Positions 28,115-37,573 of a stretch of DNA of 64,000 bases are shown here, one piece after another. The stretch is taken from IMG/VR virus record IMGVR_UViG_3300049472_000073, positions 24,155-88,154 of that record; one strand, written 5' to 3'. Position numbers and translations under genes: made by a program. This stretch comes from a virus (lineage: Duplodnaviria > Caudoviricetes). Each line of letters opens with the position of its first letter. Position 1 is the stretch's first letter. The notes beneath the pieces are model-generated. The model was given only the letters and a program-made list of their open reading frames with translations. It was not told the DNA's origin and ran no database searches.

Positions 28115-30273
28115 TTTGCATCACTCCATTTCGTTACCATTTTTGGTTCAGCAATCATAGGTACAGCTAGTTTCTGAGTTATCTCATTACTCTCCATACA
28201 CTCTTGTAGTATCTTAGCACACCTATCCGCCTGGTCAAGTGGAGAAATTACAGAGATCTGGTCATGAACCTGTGCCCATATCTTAGCGTCTAGTCCTTCT
28301 TCACGCACTCTACGGTGAAAGTCAATCATAGCTCTATTTACAATAGAAGCTGCAAGTGATTGAATTTGAAAGTTATATGCGTTTCTTTCTTCATTACCTA
28401 GAGTCTTGTATACTTCTCTACTATCTTTCATACCAGTGAGACGTTCAATCTTTCTCATGTTATTTTTTAAGTCCCAAGGCATGAACTCTTTAATGCCACT
28501 AGAATGTAACTTAAAGGTAATCTCAGCTCGTTTACGTCTACCTACTATGTTCTCTACATAACCTAGTCTCTTTAGTTTCTTCTTGGTATCCTTGTGGTAC
28601 TTAAGTAAGTTAGGATACGCTTTAAAGTACCTATCTTTTAATTCCTTGGCCTCTTCTTCTTCAATGCCCATCATCTTAGCAAGCTTAAACTCTGTCATGC
28701 CATAAGCAAACCCTAATGCCCACCCTTTTACAGATTGACGTAACTTAGGGGCCACATCCTTTAAGAAATTGGGATCACCTTCTTTAGCGGAGTACTCATT
28801 AGCTTGCATTACTGTAATATAGACCTGTGAATAGAAATCTAGGTCATCATGATAAATCTGTTGAATAGTAGGCTCATCAGCAATAATACTAAAGGAACGC
28901 GGCTCCAAGCTGCTATAGTCAGCATCAATAATAATATGGTCATTATCAGGTATAACACCTTTACGAATACGCATATCCCCAGCAGGTAGGTTTTGAAAGT
29001 TAGGATTAGCGGAGCTGTATCTACCAGAGGTAGTACCAGTTTGTTTAAAGTCAGGGTATAGTCTGCCATCTATTTGACGCTCTAGAAACGGCTCTACATA
29101 CGTAGACAGTAATTTGATCTCTTTCTTACGCTGTAGTAGTAATTTAATAATGGGACTGGACTCTTCATAGTTCTTACCGATCTCATCCAGTACTGCGGCT
29201 GTTACAGATCTCTTACCAGAGTCAGTAGTCTTCTCACAAGGGATGCCAAGCACATCATACATTAAGTACGCTAGGTCATCATTACTATCAATGTTGAAAA
29301 TCTTAGTAATGTCGTTCTTTTTCCTAAACCACTTACGAGCTATGTCTTTACTTCCAGGGCTATCTAACTCCAGAGACTCTCCAGCCTCTAGAAGTAGCTT
29401 GCCTAACTCACTACGCTCAGTAATCTTAGTTTTCTTCTTTATACGGTCTATCTCATAATTAACCAGGGCATCCCCCGATTCAATAGCGGAATAGATCTCG
29501 TCTTCTAATCTTTGTATAAGTTCTTTTACCTCTACTCTTAGTTTCTCAAAGTAAGGTACGTCAATAGCAATACCAGTAGTATTTAGCTCGTAGCTAACAG
29601 GTAGCAGGGCCATTACCTCATTATTCCATAGATTAAGTAGATTACCTTCTAGCTTTGGAAATAGTACCTCAAATAGGCCAAACGTGTATAAGGTATCGTA
29701 TACAGCATAAGTTCCTAAGATCTTATAATCACACTTGTAGAAGTCGAATTGTTTCTGTGATGTAGAGCCACCATTGGCCTTTACAGACTCTTTTACTTCA
29801 TCTTTAGGTGATAGAGCATCTGGGTCTAATAACTCACCAGCAAGCTCCTTAAGTCCCATAGGACCCTCTTCATTGTGTACTGTATGGGCTAGTAACATTG
29901 TGTCACAGAATACGTATTCACAGATATTAACCCCTAGCCAGTTATTAATGACTTTGATATCAAATACGGCATTGTGAGCAATTAGATTCTTTTTAGAGGT
30001 TAATAATTTATAACAGAAGTCTTTAACCTTTTGTACTGATTCTGGTGTCTTCCAAGGTGAGACTAGAGCATTGTCTTTCCAAATGCGTAAAGGGATATAA
30101 ATCCCTTCTTCTGTGTTAGGTGAAAATGAAATGCCAATAGGGTTAACAAAACGGCCTAAGCCATCTGTTTCAGTATCAAACGCAATATATTCAGCTTGTA
30201 AATAATAATCAAGTAACTCGTCTAGCCTATTGCTATTCGTTACTATCTCTATTGACTTTTCCTTGCTCCACAT
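28111..30273 (-). CDS. polA: family A DNA polymerase with 3'-5' exonuclease
   Basis: ExoI FDTET, ExoII AHNAVFD, ExoIII YAVYD; motif A DADYSSLEPR, motif B RQSVKGWALGFAYG, motif C VHDQ. Confidence 0.95.
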   Translation of the reverse strand: MWSKEKSIEIVTNSNRLDELLDYYLQAEYIAFDTETDGLGRFVNPIGISFSPNTEEGIYIPLRIWKDNALVSPWKTPESVQKVKDFCYKLLTSKKNLIAHNAVFDIKVINNWLGVNICEYVFCDTMLLAHTVHNEEGPMGLKELAGELLDPDALSPKDEVKESVKANGGSTSQKQFDFYKCDYKILGTYAVYDTLYTFGLFEVLFPKLEGNLLNLWNNEVMALLPVSYELNTTGIAIDVPYFEKLRVEVKELIQRLEDEIYSAIESGDALVNYEIDRIKKKTKITERSELGKLLLEAGESLELDSPGSKDIARKWFRKKNDITKIFNIDSNDDLAYLMYDVLGIPCEKTTDSGKRSVTAAVLDEIGKNYEESSPIIKLLLQRKKEIKLLSTYVEPFLERQIDGRLYPDFKQTGTTSGRYSSANPNFQNLPAGDMRIRKGVIPDNDHIIIDADYSSLEPRSFSIIADEPTIQQIYHDDLDFYSQVYITVMQANEYSAKEGDPNFLKDVAPKLRQSVKGWALGFAYGMTEFKLAKMMGIEEEEAKELKDRYFKAYPNLLKYHKDTKKKLKRLGYVENIVGRRKRAEITFKLHSSGIKEFMPWDLKNNMRKIERLTGMKDSREVYKTLGNEERNAYNFQIQSLAASIVNRAMIDFHRRVREEGLDAKIWAQVHDQISVISPLDQADRCAKILQECMESNEITQKLAVPMIAEPKMVTKWSDAK

Positions 30274-30595
30274 TGTTTAACCCCTTATTTAGCTCTTGCT
30301 CTCTGGCTACCAATAATACTCTTCTTCTGTGTACTTCGTCCAGTATTTTCTTATTTAGTGCCCTAGACTTAGGGCCAGTAAAGCACAGTCTTACTACTGT
30401 AAGATGTGTAAATGCCGCTAACAAACCTAATAGAATATTAATACTGCCTAGTATGCTTCCTATTAACATTCCAGGAAATACAGTTATTAAAAAACTAGTC
30501 AGCAGCCATCCTGTTATTTCTTTTCTATGTTCTTTCATAACCTGTGAGACTAGTTCTTCTTCTTCTCTAGCTAGCTTCTCTAACTCGTTTTGCAT
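30233..30595 (-). CDS. two-TM membrane protein
   Basis: Hydrophobic core flanked by coiled coils. Confidence 0.6.
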   Translation of the reverse strand: MQNELEKLAREEEELVSQVMKEHRKEITGWLLTSFLITVFPGMLIGSILGSINILLGLLAAFTHLTVVRLCFTGPKSRALNKKILDEVHRRRVLLVAREQELNKGLNNVEQGKVNRDSNE

Positions 30596-30939
30596 TAGTT
30601 CAGTACTCCTCTATCAATAGGACCTTCATCCCCAGTATCGTTCTCATCAGCCATACCAATGTCTTCTACGATGTTCATAGAGATAGCGTACATGCCAATA
30701 AGCTTTTTACCCTTCTTATCTCCTAGAATAACAAAATTGTCATCACTGTCAACAAAAAACCCTTGATGGGCCACAGGAGAAGGTACTGATGATACGTGAC
30801 CATCTTCTTCAACCTGCATAGTTCCCATCTTGGTAGAATAAATACGCACAAATTTACCCTTAAACACCTTATTCAACGCTGCACTCATATTAACCTCACC
30901 AATCGTCGTTATTTTTAGCTTTTTTATCTTTCTTAGCAT
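30595..30939 (-). CDS. hypothetical small beta-barrel protein
   Basis: ORF track; true start probably the internal MSAALN. Confidence 0.55.
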   Translation of the reverse strand: MLRKIKKLKITTIGEVNMSAALNKVFKGKFVRIYSTKMGTMQVEEDGHVSSVPSPVAHQGFFVDSDDNFVILGDKKGKKLIGMYAISMNIVEDIGMADENDTGDEGPIDRGVLN

Positions 30940-32818
30940 CCCTTAAGTCTTCTAATGCTTCTTGTTCGATATAAGATAGAGGCTTAACTTTACCAGTTAC
31001 ACCTTCCCAACCGAAGTCAAGAGAGAATAGTCCACCTAGGGTATTCTTTAAGCAGTTAATCGTAATAAACTTATCATTCTGTGGGGTATCTGGGCTAAAC
31101 CCTTCTCTGTATACACCAAAAATAGTTCTAAAGTTCTGTTCTAACACAGAAGCTCCCTTTACTTGTCTCATTGAGTACAAAGGAGTAGAGGCATCACCAG
31201 CACTCTTAGGAGGCTGTACAAGGACCACCACACACGCTTCTAGATCAGTAGATAAATCCTTTAGCTGAGTAGCTAAGAAGGCACCATTGGCCGTAGGATC
31301 ACTATAAGGGCCTACTAATAGCTCTAAGTAGTCAATCACTACTAGTTTGATTTTTTCACCTAGTTGTTCTTGTCTTTTTAGTACTTGTTGCTTAATGTCT
31401 TCTACTGTAGTACCTGATCTAAACCAGAAGTCTACATTCTTAAATTCTCCAGCTAATTTAGCATCCCATTCACGATAATGGTCCTTATCTTGCTTATAAG
31501 TCTCGATTACGTCTTCAAACTTGTGTCCACTGAGTCGGCTAATAAGACGAGCATATACTAATGGCCATCCCATGTCTAGTGAACAAAATACTGATCTAGT
31601 ACCAGCTAATGAAGTGTTATGTAGCATGTTAAACGCTAGGGCAGTCTTAGCAGATCCTGGTGCCCCTAAAATTCCAGTGAGCATAGAGGTAGTAAGCACG
31701 ATCTTTTCGTCTAATGCTTGTATACCTGTATATACCCTGTTCTTTTCAATATTCACAGCAAAGTCTTTAAACTTGCTGGATAGGTCTTCAATTTTAATTA
31801 AGTCAGTATTGTCTTTTTTCTTACACGCATCTTTACTAGGGCAGATCTCTTGTAAGAACTCATGGTCTTTACAAGCATACGTTTTACCCTGCCATGTCGG
31901 ACTGTATACAACTCTAATGATGTTGTTCCAGATCTCATCTTTATCAAACGGTTCATCACCTGTACGTCTAGCTTGTAACTCAGCCGCACCTTTTAGCATC
32001 CTATATGCTACTTCTTTTGGTAGTCCTTGAGCTGAAATAGAAGCACATAAAGACATAAGTGCGTTACTTCTGTTACCTGATTTAAAGTATCCATTTAGAA
32101 TAGCTTCTCTACAAGGTGGGAGCCACTTAACTTTAAGTACTAGATCTTTTACGTCATTACTAAGCTCTGCATTTTTATTTACTACAGGAGCTTCCTCAGA
32201 CTTAGGCTTAAGATCACTTGGTAACTCAACTGATAGAGTCTTCCACTCTACAGCGTTATCAAGATCCTGAGCAATAGTCTTAATAGTAGCTGAGTCAGTC
32301 TCAGCCAATGTCTCAATAGAGATAGGTAACTTAAACAGCCCACTACTAGGGTGTCTAGTATATGGTGCTCTGAATAGACGGTTCTCATTATAGATAACCG
32401 TATCCCAAGTATTACAGTCACCTGCTAATTGCTTAGCAATGCTTTTAATATCTTGGGAGGTATATGAGTTAGAGAGTCTAGTTTCAAGGCTAAATCCTTT
32501 GTTACCGCTAAAACATATATTAATCTGCTCATTGGTAAAACCGTATTGGATAAGTCTATTATATACCGTAAGGGCATCATCCTTAGCAAGATCAATATTT
32601 TCCTTACTATCGAAGTCAAATACGAGTTTATCTGTAACTAGCCCTGTAAAGCCAGCTACAGACTTCTTCTTTTGAAACTCACTAAAGTGTAGATCATTAT
32701 ACAAGAACAGAGATACATACCAGTCAGTATCAGTGCTGTTAATAACATTAGTCAGCTCTGCTTCTGGAACCAGAATACCTTTATCTTTAATACCCTTACA
32801 AATACGAATGTACTTCAT
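30896..32818 (-). CDS. primase-helicase (AEP-type primase plus DnaB-like SF4 helicase)
   Basis: VFDFD, FSGNKGF and RLFRAPYTRH (AEP); LPPC...GNRSNAL; GAPGSAKT Walker A, VIDYLEL Walker B. Confidence 0.85.
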   Translation of the reverse strand: MKYIRICKGIKDKGILVPEAELTNVINSTDTDWYVSLFLYNDLHFSEFQKKKSVAGFTGLVTDKLVFDFDSKENIDLAKDDALTVYNRLIQYGFTNEQINICFSGNKGFSLETRLSNSYTSQDIKSIAKQLAGDCNTWDTVIYNENRLFRAPYTRHPSSGLFKLPISIETLAETDSATIKTIAQDLDNAVEWKTLSVELPSDLKPKSEEAPVVNKNAELSNDVKDLVLKVKWLPPCREAILNGYFKSGNRSNALMSLCASISAQGLPKEVAYRMLKGAAELQARRTGDEPFDKDEIWNNIIRVVYSPTWQGKTYACKDHEFLQEICPSKDACKKKDNTDLIKIEDLSSKFKDFAVNIEKNRVYTGIQALDEKIVLTTSMLTGILGAPGSAKTALAFNMLHNTSLAGTRSVFCSLDMGWPLVYARLISRLSGHKFEDVIETYKQDKDHYREWDAKLAGEFKNVDFWFRSGTTVEDIKQQVLKRQEQLGEKIKLVVIDYLELLVGPYSDPTANGAFLATQLKDLSTDLEACVVVLVQPPKSAGDASTPLYSMRQVKGASVLEQNFRTIFGVYREGFSPDTPQNDKFITINCLKNTLGGLFSLDFGWEGVTGKVKPLSYIEQEALEDLRDAKKDKKAKNNDDW

Positions 32819-33330
32819 TACCCATCTCCTTCAATTATATTCAGCTTAGCAAACTCTCCGAACAATTCCAATGCTTTTTTATTATACGCTCTAGCAGCGT
32901 CTTCTTCTACTGAAAAACTACCTAAGCCATACTTAATACCACTATGCTTTATTAATCCTACCCACTTAGTATTAGTGGAGTTTCTATAGACCCCTTTATA
33001 TTTAGAAGTCTTTTTTCTTTTTTGTATGCTCTGATTTTGAGCATTTCCTTTTGCAGTACATAATCGTAAATTCTCTCTAGTGTTATCTAGAGTATTGCCA
33101 TTAATGTGATCTACAAACATTCCTTTAGGGGCATCCATAATAAATCTATGTAAAGCTGTGTTGTAATAACCTCCACCTGGTTTCTTTATAGTCATCATGA
33201 CATAAAAAGTCCCCATAGAATTTATGCTTACGCATAGTGCGTGTGGAAGCACTCTATCATAGTCTTCATCTGACACATAAGTATCAATGTACCCATGTGT
33301 CTTAGAAGTAATTGTAATTGGATTACTCAT
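32818..33330 (-). CDS. HNH-AP2 homing endonuclease
   Basis: LHRFIM...VDHINGNTLDNTRENLR; SKYKGV...LGSF..EEDAARAYN...FGEFA (AP2). Confidence 0.9.
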   Translation of the reverse strand: MSNPITITSKTHGYIDTYVSDEDYDRVLPHALCVSINSMGTFYVMMTIKKPGGGYYNTALHRFIMDAPKGMFVDHINGNTLDNTRENLRLCTAKGNAQNQSIQKRKKTSKYKGVYRNSTNTKWVGLIKHSGIKYGLGSFSVEEDAARAYNKKALELFGEFAKLNIIEGDG

Positions 33331-33820
33331 CGGTTACTAAAACAAGGTCAGCGACTTTCCAGGGCTGCCAAGAGTCTGCTCGTTTTTTAAGCTTTGGATT
33401 AGCTTCTACTTGTTCTTCTGTTGGTTTCTTACTTAAAGTAATAAACTGTCCTTTTTTCAAAGAAACATCAATATCAATTTTAATATAAGAACCAGACCCG
33501 TCTTTCTTTTTAGCTACCATACCGATTGTTGTGAATTTTGCCATTTTGTTGTTCTCCTTCTTTTCTTTCGATTTAATACTACCTGTCTCTAATAGTTCTG
33601 TCAACTCCTGATCAAAACTATATTTTAACTTTATTTTTCTTTTGTGCATTAGCATTACTTTACCTTGACGAGTCTTGATAGGCAAGTAGTTCTGCATAGA
33701 CCTAAGATTTATATAATCAGATGGAGTCTCTACACACGTACCTACAAACCACTTATCGTACTTAGGGATATAATACTCAACTAGATCACCAGGGTTAATC
33801 TGAATCGTTATCTGCTCCAT
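33323..33820 (-). CDS. in-frame fusion of a tag-family domain and a separately initiable 73-aa basic protein
   Basis: Internal SFDQELTELL, then AAGGAG RBS and in-frame ATG at 33544 (MAKFTTIG...). Confidence 0.65.
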   Translation of the reverse strand: MEQITIQINPGDLVEYYIPKYDKWFVGTCVETPSDYINLRSMQNYLPIKTRQGKVMLMHKRKIKLKYSFDQELTELLETGSIKSKEKKENNKMAKFTTIGMVAKKKDGSGSYIKIDIDVSLKKGQFITLSKKPTEEQVEANPKLKKRADSWQPWKVADLVLVTDE

Positions 33821-33953
33821 TGATTAATTCCTCTAGTTCTTTGTCGAAGTCTACCATAGCTTGTTCTATTTTCATAGGTCTATATATCATAGCTTCATAA
33901 AGATTTTTCCATTCAGCTTTTATTCTTGTAAGATCGTCTTTATCATCACTCAT
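33795..33953 (-). CDS. FDxxLEELL-tag peptide (52 aa), not in the ORF track
   Basis: Hand translation MSDDKDDL...QAMVDFDKELEELINGADNDSD*. Confidence 0.7.
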   Translation of the reverse strand: MSDDKDDLTRIKAEWKNLYEAMIYRPMKIEQAMVDFDKELEELINGADNDSD

Positions 33954-34047
33954 TGAGTAGGTCCTCTAAATCCTTATCAAAGTCTTCTAAAGCTTTTTTA
34001 GTTTTGAGTATTTCTTTCCAGTTTGGTCCGTATAACATCTGGTTCAT
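33946..34047 (-). CDS. minimal FDxxLEELL-tag peptide (33 aa), not in the ORF track
   Basis: MNQMLYGPNWKEILKTKKALEDFDKDLEDLLNE*; overlaps another short ORF starting at 34153. Confidence 0.55.
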   Translation of the reverse strand: MNQMLYGPNWKEILKTKKALEDFDKDLEDLLNE

Positions 34048-34130
34048 ATGCTACTTTATACTCGTTGTACTGTCGGATAAATTCTTGTTGTTTTAATTTT
34101 GTCTGTTCTTCTTGAGCATAAGCAACAGAC

Positions 34131-34415
34131 CTATCTTTTTTTGACTTGCTCATACACACCTTTTATCCACTCAGGTAACTGAATTGGTTTCTTGTATTTC
34201 TTCTCTAACACTTCTGCTAGAGTCATTTCTTTTAGTTGGTTAACACCAGTCTTTAACATCTCAACATACTGGGTGTTTATAAAGAACGGTCTCATAGCCG
34301 CTACATTGTACATACGCACAGTAGCAGCTACCTTATCACCTAGGTCTCTAGGCTCACTGATTATCTCCATAGCTAGGTCAGTACCTACCTTGTAGTATTT
34401 TCCCTTTTCTATCAT
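34131..34415 (-). CDS. hypothetical protein
   Basis: ORF track; ACAGGAG RBS. Confidence 0.65.
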   Translation of the reverse strand: MIEKGKYYKVGTDLAMEIISEPRDLGDKVAATVRMYNVAAMRPFFINTQYVEMLKTGVNQLKEMTLAEVLEKKYKKPIQLPEWIKGVYEQVKKR

Positions 34416-34504
34416 ATAATCTCCTGTTAAATTGGGTGCCCCTGTTTTACTAATGTAGTAGGGGCCACACTACGAATACTCTTAGAGAAGAGATCCAATC
34501 AAAA

Positions 34505-34933
34505 CTAAGAGTTATTTTCTGATTCGCTGGACTCAGTAACTTCACTGGATGCTTGAGCAGCTTGTTCTAAGCCCTGTTGCATATTCTGACCTTGTGCTTC
34601 CATTTTAGCAAGCATTTTATTAATATACATAAACTTAATGTCTGTTCCACCTGTGAACGCATCAAAAGCCATCTGCTCTACACCGTTTTGGAACTTAGGT
34701 GCTTTTTCAAAAGGGTGACGCATAGCAGCTCTAAGCACTCTTCCAAGTGAACGTGACGATAACTGTGTAGATACTTTGACTACCACGTCTTTTAATTGCT
34801 CATAGCGCAAAATAAGAGCTTCTTCTTCAGATACCTGAATCTCTTCATTCTTTACAGCTTCTTGTGTCTCAGCATCTTGTACCAACTCTTGTCCTAATTT
34901 CTCTACTTGTTCTTGTGATAAAATTTCGCTCAT
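34505..34933 (-). CDS. hypothetical protein
   Basis: ORF track; AAGGAG RBS. Confidence 0.65.
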   Translation of the reverse strand: MSEILSQEQVEKLGQELVQDAETQEAVKNEEIQVSEEEALILRYEQLKDVVVKVSTQLSSRSLGRVLRAAMRHPFEKAPKFQNGVEQMAFDAFTGGTDIKFMYINKMLAKMEAQGQNMQQGLEQAAQASSEVTESSESENNS

Positions 34934-34942
34934 ATTTACTCC

Positions 34943-35521
34943 TTAAATAAAATCTTCTGTTTGTGTTGATGCTGGTTTAGGTGCTGAAGTAGCAGGACGT
35001 TTAAATCCTGTGCTAGCTGGTTTACTGACTTCTTTAGCTTTTTCTGCTACAGGCTCTGATGGCTTAGAAGCTACTGGAGCTGGTTTAGAATACTCTTTAC
35101 GCTTCATAGGAGCATCATCAGTCTCTGGATCATCATCAGTCTCTGGATCATCACCAGAGGACATGAGGAATGTCTTCATTAAGAAATACTTATAAGCACC
35201 TGTAATAGCCTTATAAACACCTTTATCACCTTTATCTTTACCTTGGCCTACTGAGTTAATGGTGACTGCTTCTCCAGTGTCACCGTCAGTAATAGTATAT
35301 GCTACGGTTACTGTGGTTAACTCACCTTCATGGGAGCTATTGATAACGCTACTGAAAATAAATACGTTATGTGCTGCTAGTTTCTCACGTACAGCGTCCA
35401 TAATATCTGACTCAGTTACGTAGTCATAGTTTTGGAATTCATTACGACCGTTCTTTTGAACTCGGCCTAAATCCTTCATAATTGATACAAGTTTAATTGT
35501 TAGTCCTTTTGGTATACTCAT
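34943..35521 (-). CDS. ERF-family single-strand annealing protein
   Basis: VQKNGRNEFQNYDYVTESDI; GQGKDKGDKGVYKAITGAYKYFL...GDDPE; disordered tail ending EDFI. Confidence 0.8.
   Translation of the reverse strand: MSIPKGLTIKLVSIMKDLGRVQKNGRNEFQNYDYVTESDIMDAVREKLAAHNVFIFSSVINSSHEGELTTVTVAYTITDGDTGEAVTINSVGQGKDKGDKGVYKAITGAYKYFLMKTFLMSSGDDPETDDDPETDDAPMKRKEYSKPAPVASKPSEPVAEKAKEVSKPASTGFKRPATSAPKPASTQTEDFI
35113..35153. repeat. perfect 18-bp tandem duplication (CATCATCAGTCTCTGGAT x2.3) in the ERF gene
   Basis: Read directly; encodes DDPETD-DDPETDD. Confidence 0.9.
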
Positions 35522-35530
35522 AGTTCCTCC

Positions 35531-35743
35531 TTAGTTAATACGAATGATATTCTGTCTTACAAGTTCTAGGTTTAATTTAGCTCTAGCTTCTACTAGTGAT
35601 TTAGTTTCTAATAATACAGTGCGTTTTGCAACATAATTCTTAGAATTTACCATAATTAATGTTACTAGAAATGTGCCATCCTCTTCTACAATACCGATGA
35701 ATGGTTCATTCTTTAAAATAATGTCTGTCTTTGGTTGTTTCAT
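35531..35743 (-). CDS. hypothetical protein
   Basis: ORF track. Confidence 0.6.
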   Translation of the reverse strand: MKQPKTDIILKNEPFIGIVEEDGTFLVTLIMVNSKNYVAKRTVLLETKSLVEARAKLNLELVRQNIIRIN

Positions 35744-35791
35744 ATCCCCTCCTGTAAGTAAGCTATCAGTTTATAGATTTTATGTAAAGAA

Positions 35792-36043
35792 CTATTTTAA
35801 TAATTCTTCTAGTTCCTGATCAAATTGCTGTAATGCCTCATATCCTGGTAGATAGGTACATCTTTCCTCTAAAAACATGATATGCCATGTATCTTCCATT
35901 CCCAGGTCATATCTTCTAGTTCCGTTTATATATTTTCCCGTAAAAGCCATTTTGTTATCGTCTATTTTTTCTATTTTAAATAAAGGAGACTCTCTATAGA
36001 TTTCTGGTAATTGATATACATCCCCTACTTTAGGGTATCTCAT
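35792..36043 (-). CDS. FDxxLEELL-tag family protein
   Basis: MRYPKVGD...YEALQQFDQELEELLK*. Confidence 0.85.
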   Translation of the reverse strand: MRYPKVGDVYQLPEIYRESPLFKIEKIDDNKMAFTGKYINGTRRYDLGMEDTWHIMFLEERCTYLPGYEALQQFDQELEELLK

Positions 36044-36312
36044 TTTAGCAGTTCCTCTAATTCTTGATCAAATTGCTGTAAAGCTTTATATGATTTATTG
36101 ATTATAAAATTAAGGTGTCTACCTCTAGTTAACCCAAGAAGCCACCAATCTTCGTCCTCAAACTCTGGCCTATCCACTAGATAGCGTACAAATACCTTTT
36201 TGTTTCCATTTTTATCTTCTACTGGATCTATATCCAATACTTCCATTAACCCTTTATACGGAATATCAACTATGCTAATTATATCTCCTATTTTTGGCCA
36301 TTCAATACTCAT
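36040..36312 (-). CDS. FDxxLEELL-tag family protein
   Basis: MSIEWPKIGD...YKALQQFDQELEELLK*. Confidence 0.85.
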   Translation of the reverse strand: MSIEWPKIGDIISIVDIPYKGLMEVLDIDPVEDKNGNKKVFVRYLVDRPEFEDEDWWLLGLTRGRHLNFIINKSYKALQQFDQELEELLK

Positions 36313-36563
36313 TTCAACAATTCCTCTAATTGCTGATCAAAAATGGCTTCTGCTTTATTAACAGGGTCTAGATAATAGTTCTCCATAAGGTCTACGTATC
36401 CCTCTTCGGCAGGTATACTAAGGTCCCCAAAATGTAGCTCTCCTATGTATGTTAAAAAAGAATCAATATGCCGTTTTTGGTAGATTGCTGTAATTATAAA
36501 ATAGTTATTTGCGTGTCCATGTCTTCTATCTATATATTTATATCCAATTTTAGGCTTAATCAT
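36309..36563 (-). CDS. FDxxLEELL-tag family protein
   Basis: MIKPKIG...LDPVNKAEAIFDQQLEELLK*. Confidence 0.85.
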   Translation of the reverse strand: MIKPKIGYKYIDRRHGHANNYFIITAIYQKRHIDSFLTYIGELHFGDLSIPAEEGYVDLMENYYLDPVNKAEAIFDQQLEELLK

Positions 36564-36687
36564 TTACAAGCTCCTGTAGCTCATCATCAAACTGCTTTAA
36601 AGCTTTTTCTACAATTAACATCTCAGCTTCCATTTTGGCAAGCATTTTATCTCTTTCAAGTAGGGCTTGTTTTATTGCTTCGTACAT
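36556..36687 (-). CDS. FDxxLEELL-tag peptide (43 aa), not in the ORF track
   Basis: MYEAIKQALLERDKMLAKMEAEMLIVEKALKQFDDELQELVND*. Confidence 0.7.
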   Translation of the reverse strand: MYEAIKQALLERDKMLAKMEAEMLIVEKALKQFDDELQELVND

Positions 36688-37124
36688 TATTTAAGTAGCT
36701 CCTCTAAGTCCTTATCAAATTCTTTCATTACCTTAAGACCACCTAGTACCTTAGCCTCTTTTTCACTAATGTCTTCTTTACGAACATAAAGCATATTAGG
36801 CTCCATCCATTTAAAATTATATGGAACTGGGGTGTCAAACATCATAAACGGTAGATGTTTTTTTATATACTTAGTACTCATAAGAGGGTTCTGCTTACGT
36901 ATATACCTATATACCAGTTTTTCAAATTGCTTGTCAGTATCTTCTCTCCAAACACAGTGATTAAATACTGCATCAGCTACTTCATATCCAAGAGTCCTAA
37001 CTAGATAATTAGTTAATTTGCTAATAGGGTCCTCTTTACTTCTATGATTACCTCTAAACCTATATACAGAAGGTAGAGGTATAGCATAGGTGGTCTCAGG
37101 GCTGAGTCTTCTACTTTGAGTCAC
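36687..37124 (-). CDS. 145-aa unrelated domain carrying the FDxxLEELL tag
   Basis: ...GLKVMKEFDKDLEELLK*. Confidence 0.8.
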   Translation of the reverse strand: MTQSRRLSPETTYAIPLPSVYRFRGNHRSKEDPISKLTNYLVRTLGYEVADAVFNHCVWREDTDKQFEKLVYRYIRKQNPLMSTKYIKKHLPFMMFDTPVPYNFKWMEPNMLYVRKEDISEKEAKVLGGLKVMKEFDKDLEELLK

Positions 37125-37359
37125 TTAGTAGTTCCTCTAGTTCTTTATCGAACTGTTGCTGTGCAGCATATACATAGTCTAACTGAAAGTGCCTTGCTTT
37201 AAAATGATACCCATGCTGATCTTTGGCCCAGTTTGTGTCAGGACCTTCTAGCTCATCTATAATTATAGTCTCTAAGCTAGGATTTACATGAACTACTGTA
37301 CCTCTAAGGTCTGTTTCTTTATCCCAAACTCTATCTCCTACTTTAAATCTAGACTTCAT
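37111..37359 (-). CDS. FDxxLEELL-tag family protein
   Basis: MKSRFKVGDRV...FQLDYVYAAQQQFDKELEELLSDSK*. Confidence 0.85.
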   Translation of the reverse strand: MKSRFKVGDRVWDKETDLRGTVVHVNPSLETIIIDELEGPDTNWAKDQHGYHFKARHFQLDYVYAAQQQFDKELEELLSDSK

Positions 37360-37573
37360 TTAATAGTTTCTCCAAATCCTCGTCAAATTGCTTTATAGCC
37401 AAGTATTCTGGGCAAGGTTTAAACCCATGTACAAAATCACTTAGATGATACCTAATGCCATCAATAGCTCCAACAAAACAAACGTATACATATTGAGATT
37501 CATAATTAGCCACAACGCATACGATATCTGATCTTCCTCTAGCTCTGTAATACTGACCTTTTTTAATTTCCAT
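37349..37573 (-). CDS. FDxxLEELL-tag family protein (paralog of 38904..39140)
   Basis: ...CPEYLAIKQFDEDLEKLLNEV*. Confidence 0.85.
   Translation of the reverse strand: MEIKKGQYYRARGRSDIVCVVANYESQYVYVCFVGAIDGIRYHLSDFVHGFKPCPEYLAIKQFDEDLEKLLNEV

Noticed and set aside
24484-33330. GIY-YIG and HNH-AP2 genes as intron- or intein-encoded
   Set aside because: Flanking recA and primase-helicase ORFs are intact and abut them directly; they are ordinary free-standing homing endonucleases.
33999-34153. Programmed frameshift joining the MSKSKKDRS... ORF to the 33-aa tag ORF
   Set aside because: The A-run slippery site follows rather than precedes the stop codon, so there is no supportable shift site.
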